64,000 nucleotides of DNA from Terriglobia bacterium (GTDB taxonomy: Bacteria; Acidobacteriota; Terriglobia; JAJPHL01; JAPKYU01): the NCBI GenBank assembly GCA_965206645.1, contig CBDBKE010000003.1:204425-268424 (forward strand), written 5' to 3'. The notes under the pieces were generated by a model, which saw nothing but the letters and a program-made list of their open reading frames with translations, was not told the DNA's origin and did no database searches. A program made the translations under genes and the position numbers. Shown one piece after another: positions 38,839 to 48,054 of this stretch; the stretch's first letter is position 1, and each line of letters begins with the position of its first letter.

Positions 38839-39782
38839 GCACCGGAACGCCTTTGCCGGACTCTGTCGTCGTCGTCGTTGTCAGCTACAATTCTTCCAAA
38901 TACCTCCCGGTGTGCCTGGATTCGCTGCGCGGGGTGGGCGTCGAAATCATCGTCGTGGATAACGCGTCGACCGACGATTCGGCTGCCGTGGCCCGCCGGC
39001 ACGGGGTCAGAGTGATCGCCAACTCCGAGAACCGAGGTCTGGCTGCAGCGGCCAACCAGGGTACGCGTGCCTCCGCGGCGGAGTTTCTGCTGTTCCTCAA
39101 TCCGGACGCGGTGCTGCTGGATGGATTCGCGGACTTGCTGCGCGCTGTGATTCAAGAGCCGCAGGCCGGAGCGGTTGCCGGACTGTTGCTGGATGAGGCC
39201 GGGCGGCCGCAGGTCGGTTTCAATGTACGTAGCCTTCCCAGTTTTGTGGCGCTTGCTTGCGAGGTACTTCTGCTAAACCGGCTTTGGCCGCGCAATCCGG
39301 TAAACCACCGGTACCGCTGCCTGGACGTGCCGCTGGACCGGCCGGGCGAAATTGAGCAGCCGGCCGGGGCTTGCCTGTTGGTTTGCCGCCGGGCCCTGGA
39401 GCAGGTGGGCTACTGGGACGAGCATTTTTACCCGCTTTGGTTCGAAGACGTTGACCTGTGCCTGAGGTTGCGCCGTTCTGGATACCGTATCCTGTTCTGT
39501 CCGACCTGTCGCTGGCGCCACCACGGGGGGCACTCGCTGGACAGTATCTCATTTGCCCGAAAGCAATTTTTCTGGTACCGTAATCTACTCTATTACGTGC
39601 GCAAGCACATGGGTTCCGCCGCCGCGCTGGCCATGAGACTGCTGGTATGTGCCGGCGCTGCCGCTCGTTGGATGGCTACCTTGGTTGTTCCGAGCGGGCA
39701 GCACCGGTCGAGCGCCTATTGGGCGGTGATGAAGTTGGCGCTTAGCAGACCGGCAAAACAGCCGCCGCCCCACGTGGTTTGA
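38835..39782 (+). CDS. family 2 glycosyltransferase
   Basis: TTG/TGA overlap with the upstream gene. VVVVSYNSS...VVDNASTDDS motifs. Confidence 0.8.
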   Translation: MSTGTPLPDSVVVVVVSYNSSKYLPVCLDSLRGVGVEIIVVDNASTDDSAAVARRHGVRVIANSENRGLAAAANQGTRASAAEFLLFLNPDAVLLDGFADLLRAVIQEPQAGAVAGLLLDEAGRPQVGFNVRSLPSFVALACEVLLLNRLWPRNPVNHRYRCLDVPLDRPGEIEQPAGACLLVCRRALEQVGYWDEHFYPLWFEDVDLCLRLRRSGYRILFCPTCRWRHHGGHSLDSISFARKQFFWYRNLLYYVRKHMGSAAALAMRLLVCAGAAARWMATLVVPSGQHRSSAYWAVMKLALSRPAKQPPPHVV

Positions 39783-40841
39783 ATGTCTTCACTGGTTAGC
39801 GTTACCCTCGTTACCTATAACAGCGGGCGCTACATCGGCCCCTGTCTGGAATCCATCTTCACCCAGCAGCACTGCCACCTGGAAGTGCTCGTGGTGGACA
39901 ACGCTTCGCAAGACACCACCCGCGAGGTGCTGGCGCGTTACGCCAATCGTATTCAGATTATCTGGAACCCGCAAAACATTGGCTTTGCTGCCGCCCAGAA
40001 CCAGGCGATTGCCGCCAGTACAGGCAGGTGGGTGCTGGTGCTCAACCCCGACGTGGTGTTGATCCCAAGCTTTGTGTCTACGATGGTCAAAGCTGCCGAA
40101 GGACACGCCGACCCCCGCCTGGGCGCCCTGTGCGGCAAGCTGCTGGCCATGGAGCCAGGCCTGAGCCTTCCCACCAATCCGCGGGTGGACTCGGCAGGCA
40201 TCTTCTTCACTCCAACGCTACGCCACTTTGACCGGGGCTCTGGCAAGCCGGACAATGGCAACTACGAGAGAGCCGAGTACGTTTTCGGGGCCTCGGCGGC
40301 GGCTGCCCTCTACCGGCGCGAAATGATCGAAGACGTCAGCCAGGAGGGGGAATTCTTCGATCCGGACTTTTTCTTCTATCGCGAGGACGCCGATGTGGCC
40401 TGGCGCGCCCAGCTTCTGGATTGGAAGTGCCTCTACGTGCCGCACGCCCTGGGCTACCATGCGCGAAGGGTGCAGCACTGGAACCGGGCCCAGGTGCCGC
40501 CGCAAATCAACATGCACTCGGTGAAGAACCGGTTCTTGATGCGGCTGAAGAACGTAGGCGCCTCCCTCTACCTGCGCAACCTGCTTCCCGTCACCGTGCG
40601 GGATTTTGGAGTGCTGGGCTACTGCCTGCTGGTGGAACGCTCCTCGTTGCCCGCCTTCTGGCTGCTCGGGCGCGCCTGGTCTCGCGCCTGGCGCAAGCGG
40701 CGCTGGATCCAGCAACGTCGGCGCGTGGCCGACCGCGAGTTGGCCCGCTGGTTCCGCTTCCGTCCGGTGTCCTTCCCCATGCGGGAGCAGGTCGTTTCGG
40801 TCCCCGCCGGTTCCAGATCTCGACTGGGCGTCTCATCCTGA
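39783..40841 (+). CDS. family 2 glycosyltransferase
   Basis: Starts immediately after the upstream stop. VTLVTYNSGRY...VVDNASQD motifs. Confidence 0.8.
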   Translation: MSSLVSVTLVTYNSGRYIGPCLESIFTQQHCHLEVLVVDNASQDTTREVLARYANRIQIIWNPQNIGFAAAQNQAIAASTGRWVLVLNPDVVLIPSFVSTMVKAAEGHADPRLGALCGKLLAMEPGLSLPTNPRVDSAGIFFTPTLRHFDRGSGKPDNGNYERAEYVFGASAAAALYRREMIEDVSQEGEFFDPDFFFYREDADVAWRAQLLDWKCLYVPHALGYHARRVQHWNRAQVPPQINMHSVKNRFLMRLKNVGASLYLRNLLPVTVRDFGVLGYCLLVERSSLPAFWLLGRAWSRAWRKRRWIQQRRRVADRELARWFRFRPVSFPMREQVVSVPAGSRSRLGVSS

Positions 40842-40876
40842 TTAGCTCCTGTCGGGTGCATGGCCGACGCGGCTTG

Positions 40877-41986
40877 ATGAACATTGCCATTTTGGGAACC
40901 CGGGGCATCCCCGCCGCCTACGGCGGATTCGAGACGTTCGCGGAAGAGCTGGCAGCCCGGCTGGCGACGCGAGGCCACCGGGTCTGGGTCTATGGCCGGC
41001 CGCATCGGGTTGGCTTCCGACCACCGGGGGCGACCCAATATCGCGGCGCGCATCTGGTTCTGTTGCCCTCCATCCCCCACAAGTACCTGGAGACGGTTAG
41101 CCATACCTTTCTCTCCGTGCTGCACCTGTTGTGGCGCTTGCGTGCAGTGGATGTGGCACTGGTCTGCAACGCCGCGAACAGCGTCTTTTCCTGGCAACCC
41201 CGCCTGGTCGGCGTCAAGACGGTGCTCAACGTGGATGGGCTGGAGCGGCTGCGCCGGAAGTGGAACGTGGCGGGCCGCACCTACTACCAGGTCTCCGAAT
41301 GGCTGGCCACCTGGTTGCCCACCGCGGTGGTCACCGATGCCCACAGCATCCAGCGCTATTACCTGGACCGCTACGGAAAAACCTCGCGGTACATTCCCTA
41401 TGGAGCAAGCTCGCCGGGGGAAGCCGGGACCGATCAGTTAACCCGGTTGGGGCTTGAGCCGGGCAACTATCTGCTCTACGTCAGCCGGCTGGAGCCGGAA
41501 AATAACGCCTTGCTGGTGGTGCAGGCCTTCGAAAAAGTCGCGAGCTCGGCGCGGCTGGCCGTGGTCGGCGACGCCCCGTACGCTGCTGACTATATCCGCC
41601 AGGTCCGCCAGACGCGCGATCCGCGCATCGTGTTCCCGGGCGCCATCTACGGCGAAGGTTGCCGGCAGTTGCGCGCCCATGCGCTACTGTACGTCCACGC
41701 CACCGAGGTCGGTGGCACGCATCCCGCGATGCTGGAGGCGATGGCGGCCGCTCGGCCTGTGCTCTACCTCGACACGCCGGAAAACCGCGAGGTCGCGGGC
41801 GAAGCGGGCCTCCCGTTCACCCATTCACCTGAAGACCTGGCCGAGAAGATAGGCTTTCTGCTGGCGCGCCCGGACGAGCGGCAACGCCTGGGCGCGCTGG
41901 CGTGCGAGCGCGCCCGGCGCCTGTATGATTGGGAGGACGTGACGACCGCCTACGAGCAGTTGTTTCAGGAATTGCTCAATAGCTAG
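40877..41986 (+). CDS. glycosyltransferase with DUF1972-like N-terminus and GT4 C-terminal domain
   Basis: MNIAILGTRGIPAAYGGFETFAEEL is the DUF1972 signature. A GT-B C-terminal half follows. Confidence 0.8.
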   Translation: MNIAILGTRGIPAAYGGFETFAEELAARLATRGHRVWVYGRPHRVGFRPPGATQYRGAHLVLLPSIPHKYLETVSHTFLSVLHLLWRLRAVDVALVCNAANSVFSWQPRLVGVKTVLNVDGLERLRRKWNVAGRTYYQVSEWLATWLPTAVVTDAHSIQRYYLDRYGKTSRYIPYGASSPGEAGTDQLTRLGLEPGNYLLYVSRLEPENNALLVVQAFEKVASSARLAVVGDAPYAADYIRQVRQTRDPRIVFPGAIYGEGCRQLRAHALLYVHATEVGGTHPAMLEAMAAARPVLYLDTPENREVAGEAGLPFTHSPEDLAEKIGFLLARPDERQRLGALACERARRLYDWEDVTTAYEQLFQELLNS

Positions 41987-42046
41987 AAGTTTAGCCGAAG
42001 AGGAAACCACCGGGGACGGACTGGCGCGGTCGGGCACAGGCCTTGG

Positions 42047-42283
42047 TTAGTCCGCGCCAGCCAGAGCCAGGATCTTCTTCTTCACTCCTGGTGGAAAGTC
42101 CACAAATACGAAATGAGCTTTGTGGTACAGATAATCCTCGCCACTCTCATCCACGATCCGCACCAAATCATCCCTGGCCGCTCGTGGGTCGGGAAGAATC
42201 CGATACACTTTGCCGACGATGAGAGATGCCTCATAGTTGCGGTTATCAATACAAAGCGCGAATGGTTTCGTCGGTGCTTTCAT
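42047..42283 (-). CDS. hypothetical small protein (78 aa), second gene of a low-GC antisense cassette
   Basis: It overlaps the upstream small gene by 4 nt. GC content is visibly lower than that of the flanking glycosyltransferase genes. Confidence 0.45.
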   Translation of the reverse strand: MKAPTKPFALCIDNRNYEASLIVGKVYRILPDPRAARDDLVRIVDESGEDYLYHKAHFVFVDFPPGVKKKILALAGAD

Positions 42284-42519
42284 CGTTTGTCCAGATAGCG
42301 CTTAACCTTCAGGTCTCGTTTGCCGATCCCGTGCGCCTCATACCAGTGTAACTCAACCGCACGGAGAGCTCCGTTCGGCAGCCGAACAGTAGCAGTCCCT
42401 TTCATCTTGCGCCACCGACCATGTCCGTAAGCTTTACGGAGGTGCGAGCGAACCCGGATGGCAGGGCCGGAGGCGATGACCTCGACATCTGCTATCGAGC
42501 TAACCAGCTCAAACTTCAT
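42280..42519 (-). CDS. hypothetical small protein (79 aa), first gene of a low-GC antisense cassette; toxin-antitoxin-like organisation
   Basis: Basic 79-aa protein (…ELHWYEAHGIGKRDLKVKRY). I could not assign a family. Confidence 0.45.
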   Translation of the reverse strand: MKFELVSSIADVEVIASGPAIRVRSHLRKAYGHGRWRKMKGTATVRLPNGALRAVELHWYEAHGIGKRDLKVKRYLDKR

Positions 42520-42722
42520 CCTCTTCCGTACAGAAGGACATTTTCGACCGGTCTAACGCCTGTTTCTGCTGGCCTGGACAAAACCGGTTCCCGGGCCAAC
42601 TGGGACGGAATCACCGGCGGCGAAGTGGAGGGCAACCGCATTGTTTCTTCCAGGCTGGTTAGCCATTCTCACTTGGCCACATCCAACCCTCATACTGTAC
42701 AATCACGGAATTAGCCAATTCA

Positions 42723-43784
42723 ATGGCAACGGTATCAGCCCCAGAAGTTTCCGTGATCGTGGTGAACTGGAACCGCCGTGAGCTGCTGCGCGCCTGCCTG
42801 CTCTCGCTGAGTGCGCAGACCTTCGGCAGCCTGGAGGTGATTGTCGTGGACAACGGCTCCGAGGACGGCTCGCCTGCGATGGTGCTGGAAGAATTCCCAG
42901 AGGTTGTGCTCATCCGCAACGCCGAGAACCGTGGGTTCTGTGCCGCTAACAACCAGGGCATCCGTCAGGCGCGCAGGCGCTACGTTGCGCTGCTGAACAA
43001 CGATGCTGAGGCCGAGCCCCGATGGTTGGAAGAGCTACTCAGCGGCTTGCGCGCCGGGCCGGACGTAGGTATGTGCGCCTCCAAAATCTTGTTCTACGAA
43101 GCCCGCGGCGTCATCGACAAGGTTGGCCACCTGATCTACCCGGATGGGCAGAACCGGGGGCGGGGCTGTGGGGAGCTGGACTGCGGCCAGTACGAACTCT
43201 CCGAAGAGGTGCTGCTGCCCGATGGCTGCGCTGCCCTCTACGACCGGCGGGTGTTCGAGAGCGCCGGCATGTTCGACGAAGACTTTTTTGCCTACGGCGA
43301 CGACGCCGAGTTGGGTTTGCGCGCGCGTCTGGCCGGCTGGCGCTGCATGTACGTGCCTACGGCGGTGGTCTACCACCATCACTCGTCCACGCTGGGCCGT
43401 TTCTCCGAGCGGCGGCTGGTGCTGGTGGAACGTAATCGAGTGTGGCTGGCGGCGAAGCTGTTTCCGTGGCGCTTGCTCCTGCTGAACCCTTTTTACACTG
43501 TCGTCCGACTGGCGGCCAACGCAATGGCGGCGGCGCGCGGCCAGGGAGAAGCGGGCCAGTTCGCCGGCCAGCGCGGCTGGTGGCTGCTGGTGCGTTGCCT
43601 GCTGCGGGCCTATTGGCAGGCGCTGGCCGGGCTGCCCGGCGTGTGGCGCAAGCGCCGTCAGGTCCGCCGCGCCCGCAAGCTCTCGGACCGCGAGTTCCTG
43701 CGGCTGCTTCGGCGCTTCCGTATTAGCGCGCGCGAACTGGCCTTCCAGGCGAGACACCTTCCCGGGCCGGCGGAGGCGGCATGA
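42723..43784 (+). CDS. family 2 glycosyltransferase
   Basis: VSVIVVNWNRRE...VVDNGSEDGS...NNDAE motifs. Confidence 0.8.
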   Translation: MATVSAPEVSVIVVNWNRRELLRACLLSLSAQTFGSLEVIVVDNGSEDGSPAMVLEEFPEVVLIRNAENRGFCAANNQGIRQARRRYVALLNNDAEAEPRWLEELLSGLRAGPDVGMCASKILFYEARGVIDKVGHLIYPDGQNRGRGCGELDCGQYELSEEVLLPDGCAALYDRRVFESAGMFDEDFFAYGDDAELGLRARLAGWRCMYVPTAVVYHHHSSTLGRFSERRLVLVERNRVWLAAKLFPWRLLLLNPFYTVVRLAANAMAAARGQGEAGQFAGQRGWWLLVRCLLRAYWQALAGLPGVWRKRRQVRRARKLSDREFLRLLRRFRISARELAFQARHLPGPAEAA

Positions 43785-44758
43785 ACCATGCCGCCTCCTG
43801 CCCCTTGTGTGGGGCCGAGCAGCCGCGCCTTCGCTACCGATGTTCCGACCGCCTGTTTCGCACTACCAGCGAGCAATTCCATGTGGTCGAGTGCGGTGCC
43901 TGCCGTGTTCTTTACCTGTCACCGCGGCCATCCGCCGAGGAACTGGCGCGGTACTACCCTGAGGGCTATTGGTGGGGCGCGAGCCGGCAAGGAGGCATCG
44001 CCCGGCGGATTGAAGGCCTCTACCGTGGCGCGGTGCTGCGCGACCATGTGGCCTTTGTCACCCGGGCCGTGGGTCCGCCCCCGGCGAGAATCCCGCCCAC
44101 ACGTATCCTCCCCGCCCGTATCCTGGATGTCGGCTGCGGCACGGGAGACCTGATGGCCGCCTTGCGGCAGCGCGGGTATTCTTGCATGGGGATGGACCAT
44201 TCCCTGGCAGCGCTGGCGGCAGCGCAGGCCCAGGGCGTGCCTGCGCTGCTCGGCGACTACCATGCCGCCCCGCTGGCGCCGGAAAGCTTCGACGCAGTGA
44301 CCATGTTTCATTTCTTGGAGCACGTGCCCGACCCGGGCTGCGCGTTACGATTTGCTCATCGGCTCCTGCGACCGTCCGGACGGCTCATCGTGCAGGTGCC
44401 CAACGCCGCAAGCTGGCAATCCGCTGCGCTGGGGGCACGCTGGAGCGGGCTGGACGTGCCGAGGCACCTGGTGGACTTCCGCCAGTGCGACCTGGAGCGA
44501 TTGGTCGAGCAGGCTGGATTCCGGATCGGCAGCGCAAAACACTTCTCCCTGCGGGACAATCCTGCCGCGCTGGCCACCAGCCTGGCGCCGGGCCTGGATC
44601 CGATGGGACGGCTGGTCCGGCGCAAAGAAGGCGTAGGACAGCGGCTGGCGCTGGATCTGGCCTACTTCGCGCTGGTGATGGCTGCCCTTCCCTGGGCCGT
44701 CGCCGAGGCCGTGGTCGGGCGCGGCGCTACAATCATGTTGGATGCCCAGAAGTACTAA
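43781..44758 (+). CDS. class I SAM-dependent methyltransferase with N-terminal CxxC...CxxC zinc ribbon
   Basis: CPLCG...CGAC followed by motif I ILDVGCGTGD. ATGA overlap with the upstream gene. Confidence 0.75.
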   Translation: MNHAASCPLCGAEQPRLRYRCSDRLFRTTSEQFHVVECGACRVLYLSPRPSAEELARYYPEGYWWGASRQGGIARRIEGLYRGAVLRDHVAFVTRAVGPPPARIPPTRILPARILDVGCGTGDLMAALRQRGYSCMGMDHSLAALAAAQAQGVPALLGDYHAAPLAPESFDAVTMFHFLEHVPDPGCALRFAHRLLRPSGRLIVQVPNAASWQSAALGARWSGLDVPRHLVDFRQCDLERLVEQAGFRIGSAKHFSLRDNPAALATSLAPGLDPMGRLVRRKEGVGQRLALDLAYFALVMAALPWAVAEAVVGRGATIMLDAQKY

Positions 44759-44793
44759 CCAGGCATGTTGGATGCCCAGAAGTGCTAGACCCG
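44734..44793 (+). repeat. 30-bp tandem duplication CATGTTGGATGCCCAGAAGT(A/G)CTA(A/G)CC spanning the junction of two methyltransferase genes
   Basis: Copy 1 (44734-44763) and copy 2 (44764-44793) differ at about 3 positions. Confidence 0.85.
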
Positions 44794-45510
44794 CGCGTGC
44801 GTCGAGCCGCTGAGCGCCTCCTGCCCCGCTTCTTACTGCGCGCCCTGGACCCCTTTGAGAGCCGCGCCGAGGAGGCGCTTGCCGCCTTCGCGGCGTCGCT
44901 TCCGGCAGATTCCTGGGTGCTCGATGCGGGCGCGGGCCAGTGCCGTTATGCGCCACTGTTTGCCCGCCACCGTTACGTGGCAATGGACAATGCCGTTGGA
45001 GACCCTTCCTGGGACTATTCGCGCCTCCACCTGCTTGGGGACCTGGAGCAGTTGCCGCTGGCGACGGCATCTTTCGATGCCGCCATCAGCGTGGTCGTGC
45101 TCGAACACACGCGGGAGCCGCAGCGCGTGCTGCGCGAGGCCGCGCGCGTACTACGCCCGGGCGGGCGGCTGCTGTTGGTAGTGCCCCAGGAATGGGAAGT
45201 GCACCAGGCTCCCCACGACTACTTCCGCTTCACACGCTACGGGGTGGAGTACCTGCTGGAGTGCGCGGGCTTGCGGGTGCGGAAATTGGAAGCGGTGGGC
45301 GGTTTCTTCTGGCTGGTGGCCCGTCGCTCGGTGAACCTGCTCAGTTTCTTTCAGGGCGGGCTAAAGTGGTCGCTGTTCGTGCTGCTGGCACCGCTCTTCG
45401 GCTTCTTGATTCCCCTGCTGCTCTATTTCTGTGACCCGCTGGACCGCCAGCGCGACTTCACCCTCGGCTACATCTGCGAAGCCGAGAAGGCCCCTGCCCC
45501 ACCTCAGTAG
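44782..45510 (+). CDS. class I SAM-dependent methyltransferase (Methyltransf_11-like)
   Basis: Motif I VLDAGAGQC. The start is uncertain: GTG at 44782, inside the duplicated 30-mer, is the first plausible start. Confidence 0.7.
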   Translation: MLDPRVRRAAERLLPRFLLRALDPFESRAEEALAAFAASLPADSWVLDAGAGQCRYAPLFARHRYVAMDNAVGDPSWDYSRLHLLGDLEQLPLATASFDAAISVVVLEHTREPQRVLREAARVLRPGGRLLLVVPQEWEVHQAPHDYFRFTRYGVEYLLECAGLRVRKLEAVGGFFWLVARRSVNLLSFFQGGLKWSLFVLLAPLFGFLIPLLLYFCDPLDRQRDFTLGYICEAEKAPAPPQ

Positions 45511-45572
45511 GTCAGTAGAAGAGTCACATAGACGCGCAGTTGTGTGGGGCTGAGGTAGGGCCAGCTGTGAGT

Positions 45573-46835
45573 TCAGCGGGGCGCGCCGAGGGCGGAAATC
45601 TTGAGCTGCAACTGCTGGCGCGCGCGCGGATCAGTGGTGCGCACCAGCGCCTGCCGGTAGTGGTCCAGAGCTTCGGTGAAGTTGCGCCGGCCGGCGTAAA
45701 GGTCGCCCAATGCCTCCAGGGCACGTGGCGGCGCGGGGTCGGTGGAGACGGCGGCCAGCAGTTCACTCTCCGCTTCGGCCTCGCGCCCCTCCTCCAGCAA
45801 CAGCGTGCCCAACTCTTCGCGGACGGCCGAATTGCGCGGATCAACCGCCAGGGCGGCGCGCAATTCCTTTTTGGCCTTCGACTTCCGGCCGCTGCGCCGG
45901 TAGAGTCGGGCCAGGTTCAGACGCGGGGCCACCTGGCGCGGGTCGGCGCGGAGTGCTTTGCGGTAGTGCTTCTCGGCTTCCTTCGGGCGCCGTCCCATTT
46001 CAAGAAGGACCGCCAGGTTGTGGTTGGTGACTGGCCCGTCGGGATCCAGCTCCTGCGCGTGTTGCAATTCCCGCTGGGCCTCGAGGGCCCGGCCGACTTG
46101 CAGGTAAAGTACTCCCAGGTTTACGTGCAGGAAAGCCAGGCTCGGCGCATACACGGTGGCGACCACCCACTCCCGTTCGGCGGATTCATACTCGCGGAGG
46201 GCGAAGTACGCGAGGGCCAGGTTGTGGCGGACGTAGACCCACTGGGGTGTGCGCTGGATGGCCATCTGAAAATAGGGCACCGAGTCCCCGGGCCGGTGTT
46301 CCATCAGGTAGGTGATGCCCAGGCCGTTGTAGCCATAGGGCACTGTGGGGTCTAGCGCAATGGATTGCCGCAGAAGCGGCCGGGCTTCCCGCCACAGCCC
46401 CTTCGCCAGCAGTGCCCGGCCACGGCAGAACTGGTAGCGCGAGCGCCATACCCCCTGCTGCGGCTCCAACTCCGCAGCCCGTTCAAAGAAGAGTGCAGCG
46501 CGGTCAAACTCCTCGGCTGTGAGATTTCCTTCCAGCAGATCGGTGGGACCGGTGGGACGCGGGTCCCGCGGCTGCAAGTATGCGCGCAGGGTTTCCTCCC
46601 CGGCTTCGCTCAGCGCCGCCACCAACGCCTGGCGGGCGGCATTCTTCTCCGCTTCCGGCAGGTTCGACCTTTGCAGCCGCGCGTGGATTTCCCAGGCGCT
46701 CGATCCGGCCGGCTCCAGGAGCCGTTTTTGTTCCAGGGCTCGTTCCAGCGCGGACACCAGCCCCGACGCAGTTTGCGCAAGGGAAAAGTGCGGGAACCCC
46801 ACCAACACCAGGAGCAGGGGAAGAAGCCGAGCCAA
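45573..46835 (-). CDS. secreted TPR-repeat protein
   Basis: Signal peptide followed by many 34-aa TPR-like repeats (…ALE.Y..AL…P…A..NLG…). Confidence 0.8.
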   Translation of the reverse strand: MARLLPLLLVLVGFPHFSLAQTASGLVSALERALEQKRLLEPAGSSAWEIHARLQRSNLPEAEKNAARQALVAALSEAGEETLRAYLQPRDPRPTGPTDLLEGNLTAEEFDRAALFFERAAELEPQQGVWRSRYQFCRGRALLAKGLWREARPLLRQSIALDPTVPYGYNGLGITYLMEHRPGDSVPYFQMAIQRTPQWVYVRHNLALAYFALREYESAEREWVVATVYAPSLAFLHVNLGVLYLQVGRALEAQRELQHAQELDPDGPVTNHNLAVLLEMGRRPKEAEKHYRKALRADPRQVAPRLNLARLYRRSGRKSKAKKELRAALAVDPRNSAVREELGTLLLEEGREAEAESELLAAVSTDPAPPRALEALGDLYAGRRNFTEALDHYRQALVRTTDPRARQQLQLKISALGAPR

Positions 46836-47104
46836 AGCTCAGCTAGTCTAGGCCAGCACTCCCTTTGGGGCAAGCACAATGATGGGATAGGAGATAGGAG
46901 CTTCCGAAACTGCCCCCCCCCTCCTCCGGCGCTGCCCAGGGCGATTTGAAACTGCCCTCACCCCCCGCTCCGGGCTCTCTTTCTAGTACACCCCGTACGG
47001 CTGTGGGGGCGGAGATCTTGGAAGCGGGGCTGGGAGCGCAGGGGCTCATTCCTCGGTGAGGTCCTGGACACAATGATAATGCTATCGCGTCCCAGTTGGC
47101 CTTG

Positions 47105-47635
47105 TTACTTTATTTCTTTGCCGATCCGACTACGGTCGGCCGACCAGTAGATATACAAGGGCTTCCCCTTGACTCTTTCCAGGGTTACGGGCCCGAAGTC
47201 GGGGAATCGGCTGTCGGCGCTGTAATCCCGGTTGTCTCCCATCACGAAGAAATGGTTCTCAGGTATGACAACCGGGCCGAAATTGTCCTCCCGACGTGCG
47301 ATGTCATACTGTTTGCGCCACACGGCATAGGGCTCACTCAGAAGTCTTCCGTTCAAATAAACTTTGGTATTCTTACCTTCGATAACGTCACCACCTACAG
47401 CGATCACCCTTTTGATGAACCACGCGTCTCCGGGGCCTTCGAAGACTATGAGGTCCCGACGTCGCGGAACCTTTGCTCTGTAACAACTCATGTCTGCAAC
47501 TAGACAATCTCCAATGATGAGGGTTGGAGCCCCCGAGCCGCTGGATATCTTCAATGTCCGAATTGGAAAAAACTGTCGCAAGTGTAAACCACAAAAAGTA
47601 AATTCGACAAAAGCACAGAAGAAAGGAAGAAGCAA
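47105..47635 (-). CDS. lepB: signal peptidase I catalytic region, in a different frame from its predicted membrane anchor
   Basis: SGSGAPTL Ser region, KRVIAVGGD Lys region and GDNRDYSADSR box E. Confidence 0.8.
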   Translation of the reverse strand: MLLPFFCAFVEFTFCGLHLRQFFPIRTLKISSGSGAPTLIIGDCLVADMSCYRAKVPRRRDLIVFEGPGDAWFIKRVIAVGGDVIEGKNTKVYLNGRLLSEPYAVWRKQYDIARREDNFGPVVIPENHFFVMGDNRDYSADSRFPDFGPVTLERVKGKPLYIYWSADRSRIGKEIK

Positions 47636-47955
47636 ACAAGCTTCCTGGGTGCTGCTAACTTGTGGTCGCTTTCAGCGGCCCGCTTGCGGGCTATCCGGAA
47701 CGCATCCACGACAGCGAATACATACGTGCCTGTCATCACCGCAAGAAGGGGAACTAATCCTTCGAAGTGCTTGATCAGCCCTGCGCGCAGCCAGGAAAAC
47801 CCAAAGAGTTCAAAACCTAGGCACAGAGTGACTCCTCTTCTGATCTGGCTGTTGTACACCTGTCCCGCACCGGGAAGGAGCAACGATAGCAAAGGTGCGA
47901 TGACCATGGCCTTCTTGTTGCCAAGTCCCATATGCGGTTTCCTCAGCCACCTCAC
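47551..47955 (-). CDS. ORF encoding a TM2-like domain plus a TM helix that reads as the signal-peptidase membrane anchor (separate gene or fused N-terminus)
   Basis: TM2-like KKAMVIAPLLSLLLPGAGQVY...FAVVDAFRIARK, then LVCFFLSSVLLSNLLFVVYT. It overlaps the lepB ORF by 85 nt in another frame. Confidence 0.45.
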   Translation of the reverse strand: MRWLRKPHMGLGNKKAMVIAPLLSLLLPGAGQVYNSQIRRGVTLCLGFELFGFSWLRAGLIKHFEGLVPLLAVMTGTYVFAVVDAFRIARKRAAESDHKLAAPRKLVCFFLSSVLLSNLLFVVYTCDSFFQFGH

Positions 47956-48054
47956 GAAGTCGGCTAATGGTTCTAATCTACTGCCTAATGGTCTTCACCC
48001 TCCTTGGATCGTGATTTTCCGTCCCGACCATCGTCACATCGCGTCGCCCATCAC

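Noticed and set aside
41990-42070. Imperfect hairpin GGACTGGCGCGG...CCGCGCCAGCC as a bidirectional terminator between convergent genes
   Set aside because: The right arm lies inside the 3' codons of the minus-strand small gene and there is no U-tract. It may still help termination, but support is too weak to call.
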